From the NCBI GenBank assembly GCA_029778945.1, contig JAKPBN010000382.1, positions 764 to 64,763 of the forward strand: a stretch of DNA of 64,000 nt, in the 5' to 3' direction. A program made the translations under genes and the position numbers. Source of the DNA: Spirochaetota bacterium. Lineage in GTDB: Bacteria > Spirochaetota > Spirochaetia > Treponematales > Rectinemataceae. A model generated the notes under the pieces. It had not been told where the DNA came from and ran no database searches. It worked only from the letters and a program-made list of their open reading frames with translations. Below, in pieces: positions 38,343 to 47,867 of the stretch (position 1 is the first letter of the stretch; the number at the start of each line of letters is the position of its first letter).

Positions 38343-40013
38343 CTAGTCCATTCTTTTAGGGAAACCCAGGGTCGCCATCGTTCCCGGCGCGGACCCAAAA
38401 GCGAGGCGGCCCCGGGCGCCGGAAAGAATCGTCTGTACCAGGGAAAGGCCCGAGAAGTCACCGGGAGGCTCATGTCCTGGGCCGTAGGGTCCAGGCAGGG
38501 CTCCGGGGGCTATCCCCGGGCCATCATCAGCTACCACGAGCTCGAGGTCGCCCTCGACCTCCCTGAGGGACACCCTTATCTCCCCGGCCCTGCCCTCGGG
38601 ATAGGCATGGCGGGCGCTATTGGAGACAAGTTCGGTCAGGGCGAACAAGAGGATCTGCTCGTACCAAGGATCGAAATCGCCCTGCAGCGTGGCGGCATAG
38701 TCGAGCCTGGCCTCGCTGTTCCAGATGGACAGGACTTCCCGAGCCAGGGCCCCCATCCTTGCCCCAAGGTCGGGGCTGGCCCAGGGGTGGAGCAGCCTAT
38801 CCATCAGGCATATCCCGGCCTCAAGAAAGGCGGTCTGCCTGCAGTGGGCGGTCCGCACCGCATCCCGGGCCTTCTCGGAGTCCAGGCCGGCCAGGGCGGA
38901 TGCGCAGAGCCGCTTGAGGAGGGCCTGGTCGGCGACGAGGGCCTCCCTGTACTTGACCAAGTCGGCTAGGCCGGCCTGGTTCATCCCGAAGCGGTTGGGC
39001 CAGTCCACATAGGCTTTGAGGATCTCTTCTGTAGAGGGAGGGAATACCATCCCGACCCCGGAGCGAGTGAGGGTCTCGACCAGCTTGGCTCTCTGTCCCT
39101 CCTCCCCACGCAGAGCCAGGACAAGACTATCCAGGCCCTGGCCCTCGATTGGGGGGATAGGCCCATACGACGGGGCATCCCAGGTCCAGGAGGACACTGC
39201 CCACGGGAAGACTACCCGTACCGAGCCATCCTCACCGGCTTCAAGCCGCGCGCCAAAGCCCTCCGCAAGGACGGCCGCCACCGAGCCCTTCCTTAGGGCG
39301 GCCGGGCACGGGGCACCAAGCCGGAGTTCCCCTCCTCCAGGTGTCCTTAGCACGATGAGGGGGATGGTCTTTTCCGGAGGGGAGCATTGTAGGATCTCCG
39401 CCAGGAGGGGGCCAAAGAGAAGGCATAGCTGTCTTGTGGCCGAAGGCCCTAGGGCAAGGTCCCCGAGCTCATACCTGATGGGCCTCTCTCTGCCTTCAAG
39501 GAAACCGGTCACGCTGGCTTCCACGGATTCCAGGAGATCCTGGAGCCTTATTGGGCGCCCGCCGAAGAGGGAGCCGAAGGAGTGGCGCTCCGCCTCCACC
39601 ATACCCATCAACGACGCCAGGAAGGGCAGGAGGGAGGACAGCTCGGGCTCAAGGCGCGTACTTGAGCCCTGGAGGGACAGGATCGACTGCCTAAGGGCAA
39701 TCTGGTTCTTAGCCCGGTGGCCCAGCTCGCGGGTGAGCATGTGCCTCTCCCGGATTCGTTCCTCATCAAAGCTGAAGGCTCCCTGCCTCCGGGCCAGAAG
39801 GAAGACTTGGCAGATGGTGAGATCCAGAACCTGACCCTCCTGAAGGGCAAGCTCGAGATCGACAAGGGCGAGGCCCTCCCGTCCAAGGGCTTCCCGGGCC
39901 GAACCTACAGCCACGAGCTCGAGGCCAGCCCCCTCAAGCAGGTCCCTGAGCCAGATCCGGTCTTTCTGCTCGGGCAAGAAGAGAAAAGCCTTGAGACCCT
40001 CGTTTTTTTCCAT
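38343..40013 (-). CDS. Hybrid signal-transduction histidine kinase (REC-like N-domain, HisKA_2-type H-box ELGHRAKNQ, C-terminal HATPase_c with N and G boxes).
   Basis: Motifs HMLTRELGHRAKNQIALRQ and ELVSNSARHA...DDGPGI...GLSLVQ. The first gene of the minus-strand operon ahead of the STAS triplet. Confidence 0.7.
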   Translation of the reverse strand: MEKNEGLKAFLFLPEQKDRIWLRDLLEGAGLELVAVGSAREALGREGLALVDLELALQEGQVLDLTICQVFLLARRQGAFSFDEERIRERHMLTRELGHRAKNQIALRQSILSLQGSSTRLEPELSSLLPFLASLMGMVEAERHSFGSLFGGRPIRLQDLLESVEASVTGFLEGRERPIRYELGDLALGPSATRQLCLLFGPLLAEILQCSPPEKTIPLIVLRTPGGGELRLGAPCPAALRKGSVAAVLAEGFGARLEAGEDGSVRVVFPWAVSSWTWDAPSYGPIPPIEGQGLDSLVLALRGEEGQRAKLVETLTRSGVGMVFPPSTEEILKAYVDWPNRFGMNQAGLADLVKYREALVADQALLKRLCASALAGLDSEKARDAVRTAHCRQTAFLEAGICLMDRLLHPWASPDLGARMGALAREVLSIWNSEARLDYAATLQGDFDPWYEQILLFALTELVSNSARHAYPEGRAGEIRVSLREVEGDLELVVADDGPGIAPGALPGPYGPGHEPPGDFSGLSLVQTILSGARGRLAFGSAPGTMATLGFPKRMD

Positions 40014-40061
40014 GCCCGCAAGTCTAGGCCTTGGCCCCGCCGGCCGCAAGGCTAATCTGCC

Positions 40062-40090
40062 TTGACGAACTCGCCATAGTGTATTATAAA
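40062..40090 (+). promoter_or_regulatory. Strong sigma70-like promoter (-35 TTGACG, 17-nt spacer, -10 TATAAA) with inverted repeat AGTGT-N7-ACACT overlapping the -10. Candidate operator.
   Basis: Read directly. Followed by SD GAAGGAGGG and ATG 40122. Confidence 0.55.
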
Positions 40091-40121
40091 CACTTTGTAG
40101 ACAAAATGCGAAGGAGGGTCC

Positions 40122-40940
40122 ATGCTAGGAGCGATCGTAGGGGACACCATTGGCAGCACCCGGGAATTCGATCCCATCAGGACTACGGACTTCGAGCTCT
40201 ACCCCAGGGGCTCAAGCTACACCGATGATACGGTGATGACCTGCGCGATCGCCGACGCCCTTTTGGGGCCAGGCGACTTTGGCCCCGCCATGCGAAGACT
40301 AGGCCGTCACTACATGGGCTCAGGCTATGGCGGACGCTTTTACCGCTGGATGGACGGCACCATCGAGGGTCCCTACAATAGCTTCGGCAACGGCTCGGCC
40401 ATGCGGGTGAGCCCCGTGGCCTGGGCTTTCGAGACCGAGACGGCCGTCCTGGCCGCCGCCCGGGCCACGGCTCTGCCCACCCACGACCATCCGGAAGGGG
40501 TCAAAGGCGCCGAGGCCACGGCCCTGGCCATTTTTCTGGCCAGGAAGGGTGTAGGCAAGACCGAGATCAAGGCCAGGATCGAGGAGTACTTTGGCTACAA
40601 TCTCTCCCGGTCCTTGGCCGCCATCAGGCCGGGCTATGGCTTCGATGAGACCTGCCCAAAGACCGTCCCGGAGGCGATCACTTCCTTCCTGGAAGCCGAC
40701 AGCTTCGAGGCCACGATCCGGAACGCCATATCTCTAGGGGGTGACGCCGATACCCTCGCGGCTATCGCCGGCTCCATCGCCGAGGCCTTCTGGGGCGGCG
40801 TGCCCGACGGCCTCCTTGGCCCGGCGATCGCGGGCCTGGACGAGAGGTTATACGGCATAGCCATGGCCTTCTGCGCCCGCTGGAGGCCCGAGGAGGCGGC
40901 CCGGCTCGCCAGGTTCCGGCCCGCGACGGACGGGAGCTAA
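40122..40940 (+). CDS. ADP-ribosylglycohydrolase family protein (DraG/ARH-like).
   Basis: N-terminus [17 protein letters not shown]... and TDDTVMT are typical ARH motifs. Confidence 0.75.
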   Translation: MLGAIVGDTIGSTREFDPIRTTDFELYPRGSSYTDDTVMTCAIADALLGPGDFGPAMRRLGRHYMGSGYGGRFYRWMDGTIEGPYNSFGNGSAMRVSPVAWAFETETAVLAAARATALPTHDHPEGVKGAEATALAIFLARKGVGKTEIKARIEEYFGYNLSRSLAAIRPGYGFDETCPKTVPEAITSFLEADSFEATIRNAISLGGDADTLAAIAGSIAEAFWGGVPDGLLGPAIAGLDERLYGIAMAFCARWRPEEAARLARFRPATDGS

Positions 40941-40950
40941 GGAGGCGCTC

Positions 40951-41637
40951 ATGTACAGCTACAAATACCCCCACCCGGCGGTGACCGTGGACTGCGCCGT
41001 CTTTGGCCTCGACGATGGGGACCTCAAGGTCCTCCTCATCCAGCGGGACCTCGAGCCCTTCGCCGGCTCCTGGGCCCTGCCCGGAGGCTTTGTCAAGCTC
41101 GAGGAGGATCTCGAGGCCTCGGCCCGGCGGGAGCTCGAGGAGGAGACCGGAGTGACGGACCTCTACCTCGAGCAGCTGGCGACCTTTGGGGCCCCCGACC
41201 GGGATCCCCGGGAGAGGGTGATCACCGTGGCCTACCTCTCCATCGTCAACCTCTTTGACCACCCGGTCACGGCGGCCACCGATGCCCGCAAGGCCGCCTG
41301 GTTCCCTGTGGACGCCCTGCCCCGCCTGGCCTTTGACCACGAGGACATCCTGGACCTGGCCCTGGCCAGGCTCCGGTCCAAGCTTCGCTGGCAGCCCCTG
41401 GGCTTCGAGTTCCTGCCGGAGAAATTCACCCTCACCCAGGTCCAGCGCCTCTACGAGACTATCCTGGGTGAAGCCCTGGACAAGCGCAACTTCCGCAAGA
41501 AGATCCTCTCCACGGGCCTTCTTGTCCCCCTGGAGGAGGTCGAGACCGATGTCGCCCATCGCGCCGCCCAACTCTACCGCTTTGACCGCAAGGAATACGC
41601 CCGGCTCCAGAAGAAGGGCTACGGCTTCGAGATCTAG
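40951..41637 (+). CDS. Nudix-domain protein with C-terminal helical/winged-helix-like extension (NrtR-like architecture).
   Basis: Nudix box [24 protein letters not shown]. ~90-aa C-terminal domain after the Nudix fold. 11-nt gap to the ARH gene. Confidence 0.6.
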   Translation: MYSYKYPHPAVTVDCAVFGLDDGDLKVLLIQRDLEPFAGSWALPGGFVKLEEDLEASARRELEEETGVTDLYLEQLATFGAPDRDPRERVITVAYLSIVNLFDHPVTAATDARKAAWFPVDALPRLAFDHEDILDLALARLRSKLRWQPLGFEFLPEKFTLTQVQRLYETILGEALDKRNFRKKILSTGLLVPLEEVETDVAHRAAQLYRFDRKEYARLQKKGYGFEI

Positions 41638-41664
41638 GATCAGCCCCTGCAGGAGTGCGACCAA

Positions 41665-42642
41665 ATGTTCAAGCTTCCGTTTTTCGAGGAGCTCGAGGGC
41701 TCACGCAGGATCCTCCTGGCCGGCTGTGGCGGGGGCTTCGACGTCTTTGGGGCCCTGCCCCTCTACTTCGCCCTCAAGGCCGAGGGCAAGGAAGTCCACC
41801 TCGCGAGCCTCTCCTTCTCCTTTCCCGACCTGGCCCTGCCCATCCTCTCCCTTCAGCCCGGCTGGAAGGGGCGGATCCTCACGCCCAACCTTGTCCGGGT
41901 GGACGCCGACACGCCGGAGTTCGCCCCCTACTTCCCCGAGCTCTTCCTCTCCCGCTGGTTCCGCTCCCGGGGCGAGGACGTCCCCCTCTGGTGCTTCCCC
42001 GTGAGCGGCGCCCGGCCCCTCGCCGCCTCCTACGGCCTCCTCTCGGAGAGGCTTGGCCTCGACGCCGTGGTCCTCGTGGACGGCGGAAGCGACAGCCTCA
42101 TGCGGGGCGACGAGGCCGACCTCGGCACCCCCTCGGAGGACGTGGCCTCCATGATCGCGGTCGACTCCCTCGACCTTCCAGTCAAGCTCCTGGCCTGCAT
42201 CGGCTTTGGCGCAGACTGGTTCCATGGCATCTCCCATGGCCGGGCCTTGGAGGCCACGGCCGCCCTCGCGGCCGCGGGGGGCTACCTCGGGCTCTTCTCC
42301 CTCCTCGACACCATGCCCGAGGCCAGGCTCTACCGGGAGGCCTGCGCCTATGTCTTCGAGCGCATGCCCGGCAGCGAGAGCATCGTCAACACCTCGATCC
42401 TCTCCGCTCTCGAGGGTCACTTTGGGGACTACCATGCCCTGAAGCGCACCAGCAAGGGCGGGCTCTGGATCAGCCCCCTCATGTCCGCCTACTGGTGCTA
42501 CAGGCTGTCCGCCGTCACGGGCCGCATGGCCTATCCTCGGGACAGCCTAGCCGAGACTGAGGGGATCATGGACCTCACGAGGATAATCATCGAGACCAAC
42601 CGCTCGGGGCCGAGACGGCCCCGGGTCGAGATACCCATCTAG
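41665..42642 (+). CDS. Conserved hypothetical protein (Gly-rich N-terminal LLAGCGGGFDVFGALPLY motif). Third gene of the ARH-Nudix operon.
   Basis: ORF only. No family assigned with confidence (possibly DUF1152-like). Confidence 0.5.
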   Translation: MFKLPFFEELEGSRRILLAGCGGGFDVFGALPLYFALKAEGKEVHLASLSFSFPDLALPILSLQPGWKGRILTPNLVRVDADTPEFAPYFPELFLSRWFRSRGEDVPLWCFPVSGARPLAASYGLLSERLGLDAVVLVDGGSDSLMRGDEADLGTPSEDVASMIAVDSLDLPVKLLACIGFGADWFHGISHGRALEATAALAAAGGYLGLFSLLDTMPEARLYREACAYVFERMPGSESIVNTSILSALEGHFGDYHALKRTSKGGLWISPLMSAYWCYRLSAVTGRMAYPRDSLAETEGIMDLTRIIIETNRSGPRRPRVEIPI

Positions 42643-43724
42643 GGCTGCAGGGCCGCGGCGATCGCCGGATGTGGGTTGGACAGGGCATGGACAAGGGCCG
42701 ACCTTCCGCCCTGGTCGACGGCGTTCAAATCAGCCCCGGCGGCCAGCAGGACACGAACAAGCTCGGGGTCGGAGCTAAAGGCGGCGGCGTGCATGAGGGG
42801 GGTCTTGCCGCTGGGACTTCGCTGATCGACCTCGGCTCCCGCCCTGAGGATTTCCCGGACCTCCCCCGGGCCGCCATTGCGGCAGGCCTGATAGAGGCCG
42901 CTTGCATCCCAGACCGCCCTTCCTGTTTTCCTCTTGGAAAGGACTAGCCTGAGCCTGGCTATGAGCTCGCGTTCGTTAAAAGGCTTGCAGATAAAGTCCG
43001 AAGGCCTGGTGAGGGCAGCCCGCCCCAAAGTCTTGCCATCGATATAGCTAGTGAGGTAGGCCAGGGCCGGCGCAAGAAACTTACCCATCTCCAAGGCGCA
43101 GTCAATCCCGTCCAAACCAGAGCCAGAGCCAAGATCGATGCCGGTGATCACGAGGGAGGGCCGCAGGCGCCGGGCCATGGAGAGGGCCTCCCAGGAGTCG
43201 GCGGCGATCCCGACCACCGGAAAGCCCAGCCTCTCGAGGCGCCGTTGAAGGTCTAGGGCTATAATTTTCTCGTCCTCGACGATCAGGACCTCGTTAGTCT
43301 CGACATCCGACTCCTGGCTGGCCGCGGATCCCCAGGACCGGGACTCCAGGGCCAAGAAAAGGCTCGAGCGTAAATCGCCCTCCTTGAAGGGCTTGAGCAA
43401 CAGGGCCGAAGGCCCGAAGGCGATGGCCCGGTCCAAGGTCGCGCTATCCGAAAATGAGGACAGGAGTATGACCGGGATCCCCAGGGCATCGCGAACCTCA
43501 TCGGCTGCCCGGATCCCGTCCCCTCCCCCGGCCAGCCGAGCCTCGGAGAGGATAAGATCGGGCCTCAGTTCCCGGGCCTTGTAGAGGACCCCCTCCGCGT
43601 AGGCCACCAGGCCGGCAAGCTCATAGCCAAAGCGCTCGAGCCTGCGCCCCAGGTCCAGGGCGATTCGCTCATCCGGCTCCGCGACGAGGATCCGCTTTTT
43701 CCTGACCAACTCCTGCTCAGACAC
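42639..43724 (-). CDS. Tandem receiver (REC-REC) domain protein with C-terminal ankyrin repeats.
   Basis: Two CheY-like folds (ILVAEPDE..., VLIVEDEKII...), then ANK repeats (GKTPLMHAAAFS...LLAAGADLNAVDQGGRSAL). Probable GTG start ~43724, just after the radical SAM stop. The first REC has Ser-Glu where the phospho-Asp is expected. Confidence 0.6.
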   Translation of the reverse strand: MSEQELVRKKRILVAEPDERIALDLGRRLERFGYELAGLVAYAEGVLYKARELRPDLILSEARLAGGGDGIRAADEVRDALGIPVILLSSFSDSATLDRAIAFGPSALLLKPFKEGDLRSSLFLALESRSWGSAASQESDVETNEVLIVEDEKIIALDLQRRLERLGFPVVGIAADSWEALSMARRLRPSLVITGIDLGSGSGLDGIDCALEMGKFLAPALAYLTSYIDGKTLGRAALTRPSDFICKPFNERELIARLRLVLSKRKTGRAVWDASGLYQACRNGGPGEVREILRAGAEVDQRSPSGKTPLMHAAAFSSDPELVRVLLAAGADLNAVDQGGRSALVHALSNPHPAIAAALQP

Positions 43725-45033
43725 GGTGGCCCCCGTCTTTAAGGTGGCCCGTGATCGCCGCCACCTCGCGGTTGATCCGCGCGACCGCCTCCCCGTCCCC
43801 AGCCTCAACCCCAGCCTCGTGCATCCGCTGGGCGACCATGGTCGTAAAGGCGCGCAGGGAGCAGGGATGGATACAGGTCGTGCCGAAGACCTCAGGATCG
43901 ACCAGGGGCAGGTAGTCGGCGATCCGACCCTCGGCATGGAGGCGATAGATAAAGGCATCCTGCATATGGTTGAGAATATCCACCATGGGCCGGAGGTGGA
44001 AATTGCCGTAGCCCTCCCCGCCCTGGGCTATCCGGCAGGTGGAGAGCTCGCCATTAGCCTTGAGGGTAAGGTGGGGATAGGGCCGATAAAAGGCCTTGCA
44101 GCGCAGGATCTCCGCGGGGAAAGCATCGAGGCTGTAGCCGATGCCACCGCCTTTGCGGGCCCCGTTTCCAATGTCTATAAAGTTGCTCACGATGTTTGTC
44201 TCGTCGGCGCAGAATCGCTCCATCGCGCCGTCGCTCTGCCCATAGAGCAGGGGAGCGAGGTCCAGCACGAGGCGAGCAAGCTCATCCTTCGGTCCCGACC
44301 TGGCGAGGAGAGACAGCCTCGGCTCAAGACTGGCTTCGCGCACCCTCCCCAGGCCCCCGACAACCCGGGCATAGAGTCCGGGCGAGCCCCGGGACCGGTC
44401 ATGGACGGCCTCGGGCCCATCGATACTAAAGACGACATGGCTTACCCCATGGTCGCGGAGGTCGTCGAGGTAAGCCCGATCATCCCGGTACCGTCTGCCT
44501 GCGGCCTCGAAGTCCTTCTCGCCCAGGAACCAGCCGTTGCTCAACACGCTGATGGTCTGGGCGCCGCGAGCCCTGATGCTGCGGGCCAGGCCGAGCCAGC
44601 CTGAGCCGAACTTCGACACCTCGCCGCCGGTAAAGGAATAGTTCGGGATGGCCATGTCGGCGAAGACGGCGGTCGCCGCGTCGAGGGCGGCCAGGTCGTT
44701 CTCGGTGCGCAGGCCTACCCCGGCGTTGTAGCAATGCTCGCAGGAGAGATTGCAGCACGTGGTGAATTCCACCACGACCTTTATCACGTTCTCAAGGGGA
44801 TTGCGCCGGTAGCGGAGGGCGATCGCGGCCTCGTCCACGGGCTCCTCGACGGCCTCGACCCAGGCCCGGGCCATGAGGTCTCTCTGGGCCCGACTGCCCT
44901 GCCAGGGCTCGTGGCCCCGCCCAAGGAGGGCGACCAGGGCCTCGTCGAGTCCGGGCAGGGGCGCACGTCCAGGCTCTTTTCTATCGACGGCGAGGGCCCG
45001 CCTGTGGCCGACATTGGTCAGGGCTAACTGCAT
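43717..45033 (-). CDS. Radical SAM domain protein (CNLSCEHC = CX3CX2C) with additional C-terminal Cys clusters.
   Basis: ATG 45031-33 with SD GGGGAGAA. Canonical radical-SAM cysteine triad. Confidence 0.65.
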   Translation of the reverse strand: MQLALTNVGHRRALAVDRKEPGRAPLPGLDEALVALLGRGHEPWQGSRAQRDLMARAWVEAVEEPVDEAAIALRYRRNPLENVIKVVVEFTTCCNLSCEHCYNAGVGLRTENDLAALDAATAVFADMAIPNYSFTGGEVSKFGSGWLGLARSIRARGAQTISVLSNGWFLGEKDFEAAGRRYRDDRAYLDDLRDHGVSHVVFSIDGPEAVHDRSRGSPGLYARVVGGLGRVREASLEPRLSLLARSGPKDELARLVLDLAPLLYGQSDGAMERFCADETNIVSNFIDIGNGARKGGGIGYSLDAFPAEILRCKAFYRPYPHLTLKANGELSTCRIAQGGEGYGNFHLRPMVDILNHMQDAFIYRLHAEGRIADYLPLVDPEVFGTTCIHPCSLRAFTTMVAQRMHEAGVEAGDGEAVARINREVAAITGHLKDGGHRV

Positions 45034-45171
45034 TTTGTTATTCTCCCCACGGAATCGAGGTCCGCAGGACAAAGCATATCCCCCCGGGAGGAGAGGCCGC
45101 AAGCGCATATCCGGCAATCCTTGTTCCCGCGACCTTGGCGCGATACAGTGGACTGTGGGGGAAAAATACAT

Positions 45172-46377
45172 ATGAAAACATCCGAGTACGATTCACCAGA
45201 AGAGGTCGAGTACGTGGACTATGTGGAGAGGAGGAAAAAGCTCCACGGGGCACTGTTCGAGACCGCCCTGCCCAATGAGTACCTCGTCGAGATCGGGCGC
45301 AAGAAAGTGGCTTTCCAGCTTGGAGGCCGGCGCTTCCGCCTTTTCCGGAAATTCATCCGCGTGCCCGCCTCGGTCCAGACCCTGCGCTTCGCCACGGACA
45401 ACGCCAACCAGGACTACCAGGGCATAGGCATCTCGGGCTTCGCCAACTGGCGCATCGACCCCGAGCATCCCGAGGTGGCGATCCGCACCCTCGACTTCTT
45501 TGACGAGAATGATCCCATGGCCCGCACCAACTCCGGCCTCAAGACCATCTGCGTCGAGGCGGTCCGCCATGTGATCTCCAACATGGACATCGACGATGCC
45601 CTCAAGAAGAAGGACGAGATCGCGGAGCGCCTCCGCATCCAACTCCAGGACGTCGAGAGGAAATGGGGCATCATCTTTGACCAGGTGGGCATCGAGAAGG
45701 TCCACATCATGTCCTCCCATCTCTTCGAGCAGCTCCAGTCCCAGTTCCGGGACGGCCTCCGCCTCGAGGTTGAGCGCAAGCGCATCGCGACCGACCGAGA
45801 GATCAGCCGGGAGGCCAATGCGGTAAGGGAGCTCACCGGCCTGGAAAAGCAGCAGACCTATGAGAAGCTCAGCCTCGCCCAGGTGGAGAGCCGGTCCCGG
45901 GTCGCCGAGACCCAGATCTCCGAGAAGCACCGGATAGGCCAGAGGCAGCGCGAGATCAATGGCGAGGCGATGCGGAGCGAGGCCGTCCTCCGGGAGGAGA
46001 AGCTCCGGAAGGAGAGCGAGCTGCGCGAGGTGGCCAATCGCCTGGCCCTGGAGCTCGCCGCGACAGAGTCGGCCAAGCTCGAGGCCCAGGCCCTTGTCGC
46101 CAAGCTCCGGGCGGCCCTTGAGGCCGAGCGCTTGGGTTCGGTCCGCCTGGAGCGGGAGGTCAACCAGACCTGGTCCCGGGAAGAGCTCGTCAGCGAGCTG
46201 ATCCGCCGCCTCCCCGAGACCTTCGCGGCCCTCAAGATCGACTCCTACAACGTCCTCTCCTCCGGCCAGGGCCAGGGAAGCCCCGTGGCCAGCCTCCTCA
46301 TGGAGATCGCCTCGGTCCTCAAGACCGTCGACCTTGGAGAGATCCTGGGCAAGGGCCAGGACAAGGAAAAGGCCTAG
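45172..46377 (+). CDS. SPFH/flotillin-like protein with long coiled-coil (second paralog).
   Basis: ATG 45172 with G-rich SD. Architecture is similar to 31454-32548. Confidence 0.6.
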   Translation: MKTSEYDSPEEVEYVDYVERRKKLHGALFETALPNEYLVEIGRKKVAFQLGGRRFRLFRKFIRVPASVQTLRFATDNANQDYQGIGISGFANWRIDPEHPEVAIRTLDFFDENDPMARTNSGLKTICVEAVRHVISNMDIDDALKKKDEIAERLRIQLQDVERKWGIIFDQVGIEKVHIMSSHLFEQLQSQFRDGLRLEVERKRIATDREISREANAVRELTGLEKQQTYEKLSLAQVESRSRVAETQISEKHRIGQRQREINGEAMRSEAVLREEKLRKESELREVANRLALELAATESAKLEAQALVAKLRAALEAERLGSVRLEREVNQTWSREELVSELIRRLPETFAALKIDSYNVLSSGQGQGSPVASLLMEIASVLKTVDLGEILGKGQDKEKA

Positions 46378-46379
46378 GC

Positions 46380-47867
46380 ATGGGCGAGAGCCAGGAATTC
46401 CTCAGGGTAGGCGCCATAGTCGGCCAGGACAACTGGGACTTGATCCATAGGGTGGCCCTCGAGGCACCTCGGTTCCCGGGCTTGCCAGGGGCAGGCTCCC
46501 TTGTCAGGCTCGAGGCCGAGGGCGAAGTCCCTCCGGAGATCGAGACCCTTGTCGTAGACCTCCATGCCTACCGCGACCTGGTCCATCTAGCCAAGCACTA
46601 CCGTCATTACCGCAAGCGGATCCTCTTCGTGGCCCAGACGCCCCAGGAGGAGCTGGGCCTCCTGGAGCTGATCGACCCCTGGGATGACATCGTCCGGGCC
46701 GATGCCTTGGAGGGCCAGCTGGTCCTCCGGATCGAGCGCCTATTGGCTGGGCCCTTTATGACCCGCGTAGACGTCCTCACCGGCCTATCCAACCGTAAGG
46801 TAGTCTTCGATATGGCCAAGATGGCCATAGAGGAAGGGGTCGATCCCGACCGGCCCCTCTCGGTCATCATGGTCGACCTGGACCACTTCAAGCGCATAAA
46901 CGACAGCTGGGGCCATGCGACCGGCGACGCCGTGCTCAAGGCGGCCAGCCGGGCCCTCGAGGCAGGCGCTCCGGACGCCGAGTGCGTGGCCCGGATCGGC
47001 GGGGAGGAATTCCTTGTCTTGCTGCGGGCCGACAGGGCCCATGCGAGATCAAGGGCCGAGGATCTTAGGGCCCAGATAGTCGGTCTTGCCATCGAGCCAG
47101 AGCTCCGCTTTACCGCCAGCTTCGGCGTCGCGACCGTGACCGCCCCTCCCAAGGACCTCGAGGAGCTCATCCTCGCGGCCGATCGCTGCCTCTACCAAGC
47201 CAAGCAATCCGGCCGGAACCGCGTTGTGGACGAGGCCGACTTCAACCGCAACGCCGAGGCAAAGGACGAGGACCCGGCGATCATCGACTTTGACAATCGG
47301 GTCAGGGTCCTTACGGACCGCCTCGCGGAATACCTCTCCCAGAAAGGAAGGGCCCTCGCCCGGGGTTACCAGGATGAGGCCGAGCTCGATGGCCTTACGG
47401 GCATCTACAACCGCCGCTATTTTGACCGGCGCCTCCCCCGGGAGCTCGAGCTCGCCCACAAGCCTGACCGGCCCCTCTCCCTCCTGTTTTTCGATATCGA
47501 TGATTTCGGGGCGGTCAACCGGAACTATGGTTTCCCGGCGGGAGACCGCTGCCTCAAGGCCGTCACCTCGGCCATGGCCAAGTCGGTCCGGGCCACGGAC
47601 TGGGTGGCCCGCTATGGCGGGGAGGAACTCTGCGCGATCCTGCCCGACACTCCCCTCGACGAGGCCGTGCCTATCGCCGAGCGGGTCCTCGAGGCTATCC
47701 GGGCCCTGGAGACGACGGCCGTGGATGGCCGTCGCTTTAAGGTCACCGCAAGCTGCGGGATAGTGGAAACCCGGGGCCAGGATGCAGGGGTGCCCGAGTT
47801 TGTCCAGCGCGCCTCCGACAAGGTCAGGGCCGCCAAGAAGGCCGGGAAAAACCGGGCGGTATCCTAA
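46380..47867 (+). CDS. Diguanylate-cyclase-like protein with two tandem GGDEF domains (GGEEF and GGEEL) and a degenerate N-terminal receiver-like region.
   Basis: RIGGEEFLVLL and RYGGEELCAIL motifs. 3-nt gap after the flotillin gene. Confidence 0.75.
   Translation: MGESQEFLRVGAIVGQDNWDLIHRVALEAPRFPGLPGAGSLVRLEAEGEVPPEIETLVVDLHAYRDLVHLAKHYRHYRKRILFVAQTPQEELGLLELIDPWDDIVRADALEGQLVLRIERLLAGPFMTRVDVLTGLSNRKVVFDMAKMAIEEGVDPDRPLSVIMVDLDHFKRINDSWGHATGDAVLKAASRALEAGAPDAECVARIGGEEFLVLLRADRAHARSRAEDLRAQIVGLAIEPELRFTASFGVATVTAPPKDLEELILAADRCLYQAKQSGRNRVVDEADFNRNAEAKDEDPAIIDFDNRVRVLTDRLAEYLSQKGRALARGYQDEAELDGLTGIYNRRYFDRRLPRELELAHKPDRPLSLLFFDIDDFGAVNRNYGFPAGDRCLKAVTSAMAKSVRATDWVARYGGEELCAILPDTPLDEAVPIAERVLEAIRALETTAVDGRRFKVTASCGIVETRGQDAGVPEFVQRASDKVRAAKKAGKNRAVS

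Noticed and set aside
40013-40049. Longer N-terminal extension of the histidine kinase ORF (track start 40049)
   Set aside because: No ATG or GTG at 40047-49. Internal ATG at 40011-13 (MEKNEG...) taken as the start.
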